Shown here piece by piece: positions 47,444 through 52,427 of a stretch of 52,427 bases of DNA. The translations under genes and the position numbers were made by a program. The notes beneath the pieces are model-generated. The model saw only the letters and a program-made list of their open reading frames with translations, ran no database searches and was not told where the DNA came from. The DNA is from Perkinsus olseni (Eukaryota): the NCBI GenBank assembly GCA_013115125.1, contig JABANN010000033.1, positions 62,001-114,427 of the forward strand. The letters run 5' to 3'. Within the stretch, counting starts at the first letter, position 1; each line of letters starts with the position of its first letter.

Positions 47444-48327
47444 CTAAAGCACGGTGACGATCTCTCCATGGCGAGCTCTGCTGTCACATGGCACCTGCGA
47501 TGACAACAGCTGGGGGAGCAGCTGAAGGACGGCGGCAGGAGCCTCTACCTCCACAAAGGGCAAGTGCTGCCGGCAGAGAGGACAGGACGGGTGGCTGTAG
47601 GAACGGTTGAACCACCTGGATGAAGCATAGAATACAAGGCTGTCGGGGAATGCCGGTATGCGGTACTTCTCGAGGCAGTCCAAGTGGAACAAGTGGCGGC
47701 AGGGCAGGTGAGTTACTGTATCGATGTCCTCGTATTGTGATAGACAGATCGGGCAATCTCGCTGACCACCACAGAGCGTGCCTGAGCTCACGATAGCGGT
47801 TGGGCAAACACAGGTAGGCAAGCGACCTTTTGTGAGATCCTTGAGGCGGGAGGATGGACAGTGGAGCCGCCGATGACTCTGAAGGAACATGGCCAGGTAA
47901 CGACGACAACAGACGGAAGGCCTGGCATCATCATCACCTGCTGTTGCAATGATAATGGATGAGGGACCAAGCCAGCAGCAGCAGCATGACCGCCGTGACG
48001 AAGGGCCGTAACAGCCCGGCGGGCCACGAGCCTGGCTCTGACTACGAGCCGGTTGGATCGACTGCGTGGCGGCGAGTCGTAGGGGCCTGCTGGCAGCTCT
48101 ATGTACTCGATAGCATCATAGGTGAGGCAGAAATGGGAGACGTAAACCTGCACGTAAGCTGTCTATGATGATGAGCTTGTCCAGGGTACTGTTATTACTA
48201 GAATAACGAAACAAGTGGTGAAGAGGACCATGAGCATGGCCACCAACAGGACGATCCTGCCGACGCTTTCCTCCTGTTCGCGGAGGAGAGATCGGGAGGC
48301 ACCGAGGGAGAGGCAGCCTTCAGTCAT
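47444..48327 (-). CDS. Single-TM RING-H2 E3 ubiquitin ligase (array member D)
   Basis: IVLLVAMLMVLFTTCFVIL|VYV...; RING CPICLSQYEDIDTVTHLPCRHLFHLDCLEK|WFNRSYSHPSCPLCR. Confidence 0.82.
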
Positions 48328-48631
48328 TGAGATGAGGGAAAGGTGTGGTAGGTGGATCAATGCATATTAATAATCGAGGTGCAAGCGTGGACACGGGGTC
48401 ATCAACCCGGTGGAACGAAACACAGCAGAGACTATTCTGATGGTGGATTAAATGTTAATAAAGGCTTATGAAAGGGAGACTCACCGGCCTCAGTGAGCGA
48501 GGCCAAAGGTCTGGGTGGTGTCCATAGCACGGCAATAGTACGGCACTCCAACTGCTAGACTACCCACGGTCTGCTGTCCCCGTGACGTAACTGAGCAGAG
48601 TTCGGGTTGATGAGTGTGATAGTGAGTGATA

Positions 48632-49324
48632 CTAGAGTGATACTGAGTCATTGAGCAGGGCCGATACTAGATTGCACCCACCGAAGATACTTACCACTTG
48701 GCAACGGCATGAGGGACATCTCGGGATGGACCCGTACGTTATCCATCTGAGGATACTTTCTCGGTGTAACATAAAGGACGGGGTAGCCCTACTTTTGTAT
48801 GCAATGATCGTGGAATGCATGGCCACAGGAAAGCTCGCCAAGGGTATCCTCAGGACTAAAGTCCTCCAGGCAGATAGCGCAAGCCCTAAGAGACCGCTCA
48901 GTGAGGCAATTGCGGAACTCCGATTCCGGAAGCAATTTAAGTCCGGAACTGGGTGAGCGGGCGAGAGTGGCAGAGGGCACTTACATCTTATCAGTGTGGC
49001 TGTTCCTCGTGGACGAGTAGGAGGAGAAGCTCTAAGGCAGGACGAGCGACGCTGATGTCAATCCCCTCATACCACACCTACCGTTACTCGTACGCCAGAT
49101 ATATAATCACTCCGTGAATAGGACCCAAGCCGCCGGCGGCCTATCGGACAGCAGCCCAGGCGCGTTCCGCACCTTATTTTAATCTGCAACAAACAGTGGA
49201 TCTCCAAAGGGGGCATCCTGCCTTCAACGGTAGTTGGAAGCTCACTATTAGTGATAATTACTACCAGCATGGCCGCCAAAGGGAGTAAACAAAAGAAGAT
49301 TAAGTAGAATAGCCATGCTGTCAT
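48632..49324 (-). CDS. Single-TM RING-H2 E3 ubiquitin ligase (array member E)
   Basis: [20 protein letters not shown]...[52 protein letters not shown]. Confidence 0.8.
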
Positions 49325-50619
49325 AGACCCTGCACTACCGCACAAACAACTGCAAGAAGGGGTTCTATCTCCCGGGGGGTCACTAGAGAGACTAACAACA
49401 ACAACGACGACGACGACCAGTATGGATGCTGGAGGAGAGGTTAGGATGGCTTAGCTCTCCGGTAGTAAAAGCGGCAGACCCAGAGCTCAACACCTGGTGG
49501 TGAAGTAGAAGTGAAGTATTATTAGCAGGCATATGTCACCCAGCCAGGGTTCTGCGATCGCAATAACGGCACAGCGGTGACACACGTCTATCCGAGGAAC
49601 CGCTAAACGTGAAGCTCTGGAGTAATGTTTTATTTCCGAAGTTGCCTTTGGTGGCCTCTGCTTCCAACACGGCGTCGTCAAAGGCGGTTTGGGAGGTTCC
49701 TACGATGGTGGGCCGCACGCTGACGATATCCGCTACAAGAGGCTCGCCCTACTACCTCCGTGCACCATTCAGGAAGACCTCCTCGGGACTTCTCGACCTT
49801 CTTCTTGAACGACCTGTGCACCTGTAGGCACAAGCATACTCTCAATAGACGACAGGAGTGGACATGCAGTGGCCGCAGTTTGTTAACTGTAACACCACAG
49901 TAGGGTACACTGATAATCATTGTAGAAGGGTACAACACATCATAGTATTATTATGACCATCGGAAGAGTAGGATGGGGCAGGGCATCAATCGCCTCCTCC
50001 ACCCCCACTACCGGCTATACAACAAGAGGCCTCCCAGTAGTAACTAGGGACGCTACCATGAAGGACAGGGCCCTGGGGAGGTAGATAGACGACAGTATTG
50101 CGATTCCGCACAACCGTCGCTTGTAGAGGAGTTGCTACTTTTCAAGTATAGTGTAAATAAGGAGGACTACTAATTGCGATAAAAGTAGTAGCAGTGAGTG
50201 TTACTGAATGGTAGCTCAAAAAACGATGTAGTAAATATATTCTTATCAAGCATAAATAGCAGGGCGATAGGCCATGACCTTAGGGCGATATCTGTATTTG
50301 CGATACGGGAGAGGGATGGTATTCTTACAACTATCACGGACCAACAGGATGATGGTGACAGATGTGAGGATGTCAAGCGGAAAGAAGGAACAACGACGAC
50401 GACTACGACAACAGCAGCGTTCAACGGCCGCGGAAAACAATGGCGAGAAAAATTCCGGAAAAATATGGTTATTACACAAGTCAATCTGAGTATCATCATG
50501 AGAGCAGATGAATGCAGCCGCTGTTGCTGTTGTTGTCGGTAGTACGACTCTTGCAGGCATAAAAGTGCCATCTGCTTGACAACCCCAGACCATAGCGATA
50601 TTGAAGGGACGACAAGAAA

Positions 50620-51786
50620 CTAGTACTGGCCAAACCCGAAGGAATCCGGTGAGAACCCACCGAAGTAGTTTTCATTTTGGAACCTAGCCGCCAAAGACGG
50701 GAACCCCTCCGTCCCCGACGCCCCTGGGTCGGACTCGGGAATGGTAGGGAACAGCCCAGCCTCGCTACCACTAGCTATACTACTGCCACTTGTCGTTGAA
50801 GTGGCGGAGGGAGTAGTGGTACTACGGCCACTGCCTGACTTCGTAGCCTTCGTGGACTTGCGCGTCTTCCGGTGCCTTCGACCCTTGGACGAGCCTCGCG
50901 AGCTGCCCCCATTGATCTCCTTCAATGCTGCTACCAACTCCCTAATCTCTTCTTCTGATGCATGATTCTCTTTAGCGATCAACATTTCTTCTCGGTCTCG
51001 GACCGACTCCGCCAGAGTCTTCCGCAAAGGGCCGTAGATTCGCCTCTTGTTGACATACACAGTGGAAATATATCCACCAGAATTCTTCCAAACCCCAGGA
51101 GGGGCGGCATACTCCTTCTTACGGAGGGAGTTCAGCATCATATAAGGACTTAGACCACCAGTCTGCGACGAAGGCCGCGAGGTCGTCGGGAGATCAGTAC
51201 CACTAGGAGAGACAAGACCACTACCCCATACGGAAGCACCATTAGACTGTTGCTGAGACTCGGCTACTTTAGCCCGCTTAGGAGCCGGCCCCTGGTCCTC
51301 AGTGGTGTCCTGTACTGCTGCACGGGGCAAGGTGAGAGGGTCCACACAACGGGCGGCTATTATACGGCTCAAGGCGTCAAGCCCGGGCTCCTGGGTCGAA
51401 GCTGCGCTGTTCTCCATAGACTCAGCGAAAGCATCACTCAGGCCAGTAGAGGTTAGACCAGCACCCAAGAAGCATGGCGTCTCAGTGGGAGTCGACGGGA
51501 AAGGTCCAGTAGGGCCCTCGAGAGCACTTAGAGGCGGCAGGGCGCCGTAGGGAGGGGAAGACATACCACACGCGACGTCACTTGACGAGCAGGTCGACAG
51601 AGTCCCGCAAGGGGACGCAGGCAGTTCTAGTCCCTGACCTTGGGATAACTGCTGCTGCTGAGGTGGTGGTGGTATGGTAGGAGTAGTAGGGGGAGTGTCG
51701 AAGGGAAGGTCTAAGACGACGGTCGGGTCATCTGCCTTATCCCATTGCGATGCTGCTGTTAATGATACATCATTATTCCAAGCCAT
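50620..51786 (-). CDS. Intronless protein with an AP2/ERF-like putative DNA-binding domain, Pro/Ser/Gln-rich N-terminus and basic NLS-like patch
   Basis: First ATG at 51786 of the 444-codon ORF. PPGVWKNSGGYISTVYVNKRRIYGPLRKTLAESVRDREEM reads as three strands plus a helix; it is followed by KGRRHRKTRKSTK. Confidence 0.6.
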   Translation of the reverse strand: MAWNNDVSLTAASQWDKADDPTVVLDLPFDTPPTTPTIPPPPQQQQLSQGQGLELPASPCGTLSTCSSSDVACGMSSPPYGALPPLSALEGPTGPFPSTPTETPCFLGAGLTSTGLSDAFAESMENSAASTQEPGLDALSRIIAARCVDPLTLPRAAVQDTTEDQGPAPKRAKVAESQQQSNGASVWGSGLVSPSGTDLPTTSRPSSQTGGLSPYMMLNSLRKKEYAAPPGVWKNSGGYISTVYVNKRRIYGPLRKTLAESVRDREEMLIAKENHASEEEIRELVAALKEINGGSSRGSSKGRRHRKTRKSTKATKSGSGRSTTTPSATSTTSGSSIASGSEAGLFPTIPESDPGASGTEGFPSLAARFQNENYFGGFSPDSFGFGQY

Positions 51787-52427
51787 AATGGAGCCAATCC
51801 AACTGCTCGAGAAAGTGTCTTCACCCAGTCGTCCCCACCCCAGTAATAGAGATGAATTCGGCGCGTTATGGTACACCACAGGCGGCAAGTCATGGCCTTT
51901 TCCTGTGGTAGTCGGAGGTAACACCCAGTTGCGCTGACGTGCCTCGCAGTGCAAACACCACGCAGTGCGTCTAGAGGTCTAACAGCACTATGGAGAACTA
52001 TCCTAGAGGGAGAGATACTGCAGACTAGAAAGCACTTCGCGGTCTCTCCCACTTCACAGACAAGGACCAAAGAGCAAACTTCGTGACAGGAGTAGCCGAA
52101 GCGAATTTCGCGCAATTCATTAGTTCGTCTGAGAGGTTGACGTGAGAGCTCGGGCGCTCCTCTCCAGTGGGGAGCGACTGGCCTAATCGATAATCTCTTA
52201 GGGCTCAGGACACTGCATGAGGCCAGTGGAAGTCATCGAATGCAAAGCTCAAGATCTAAGCCCGCCGATCCACGATCGATGTTTTACGACGAGAAAAATA
52301 TTCCGAATTAATCGTTGGTGGACCATCTAGATATAATCGTTCGAACGGAGTTGAATGACGAACTACACGAAGCCCGCGCAGTGTAGAGTGGTGCAAATAC
52401 GGAGACGAAGCAAGCGCTCGCCTGCGG

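Noticed and set aside
49487-50571. Possible sixth array member or small gene between the RING array and the AP2-like gene
   Set aside because: Some splice-like sites exist, but I could not build a unique model with a start, TM or RING; it may be UTR.

Overview
Gene-dense eukaryotic nuclear DNA with very many short (about 44-60 nt) GT-AG introns, a few probable GC-AG introns and tiny intergenic gaps. The ORF track therefore mostly shows exon fragments, and I stitched gene models by hand. Gene content and architecture suggest a myzozoan alveolate, most like Perkinsus (inference). In order: partial hypothetical gene; PEX11; a hidden 4-exon hypothetical gene; PEX4; guanylate kinase; ORC3; hypothetical; VPS18; two hypotheticals; three tandem mucin-like genes whose signal peptides all end in a lipobox/Hedgehog-like L-x-[GA]-C; a secreted vanin/biotinidase-type hydrolase; a mitochondrial trio (prohibitin-like, CBP3/UQCC1, RAP-domain protein) with a tRNA-like B-box element between the first two; AKTIP/FTS-like E2 variant; AAR2; PPAN/SSF1; a membrane-anchored pyroglutamyl peptidase; a five-gene array of single-TM proteins (three RING-H2 E3s, two RING-less acidic relatives); and an intronless AP2-like putative transcription factor. 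No rRNA, canonical tRNA, CRISPR or transposon was recognised. Boundaries of multi-exon genes are manual estimates, and family calls come from remembered motifs, not database searches.
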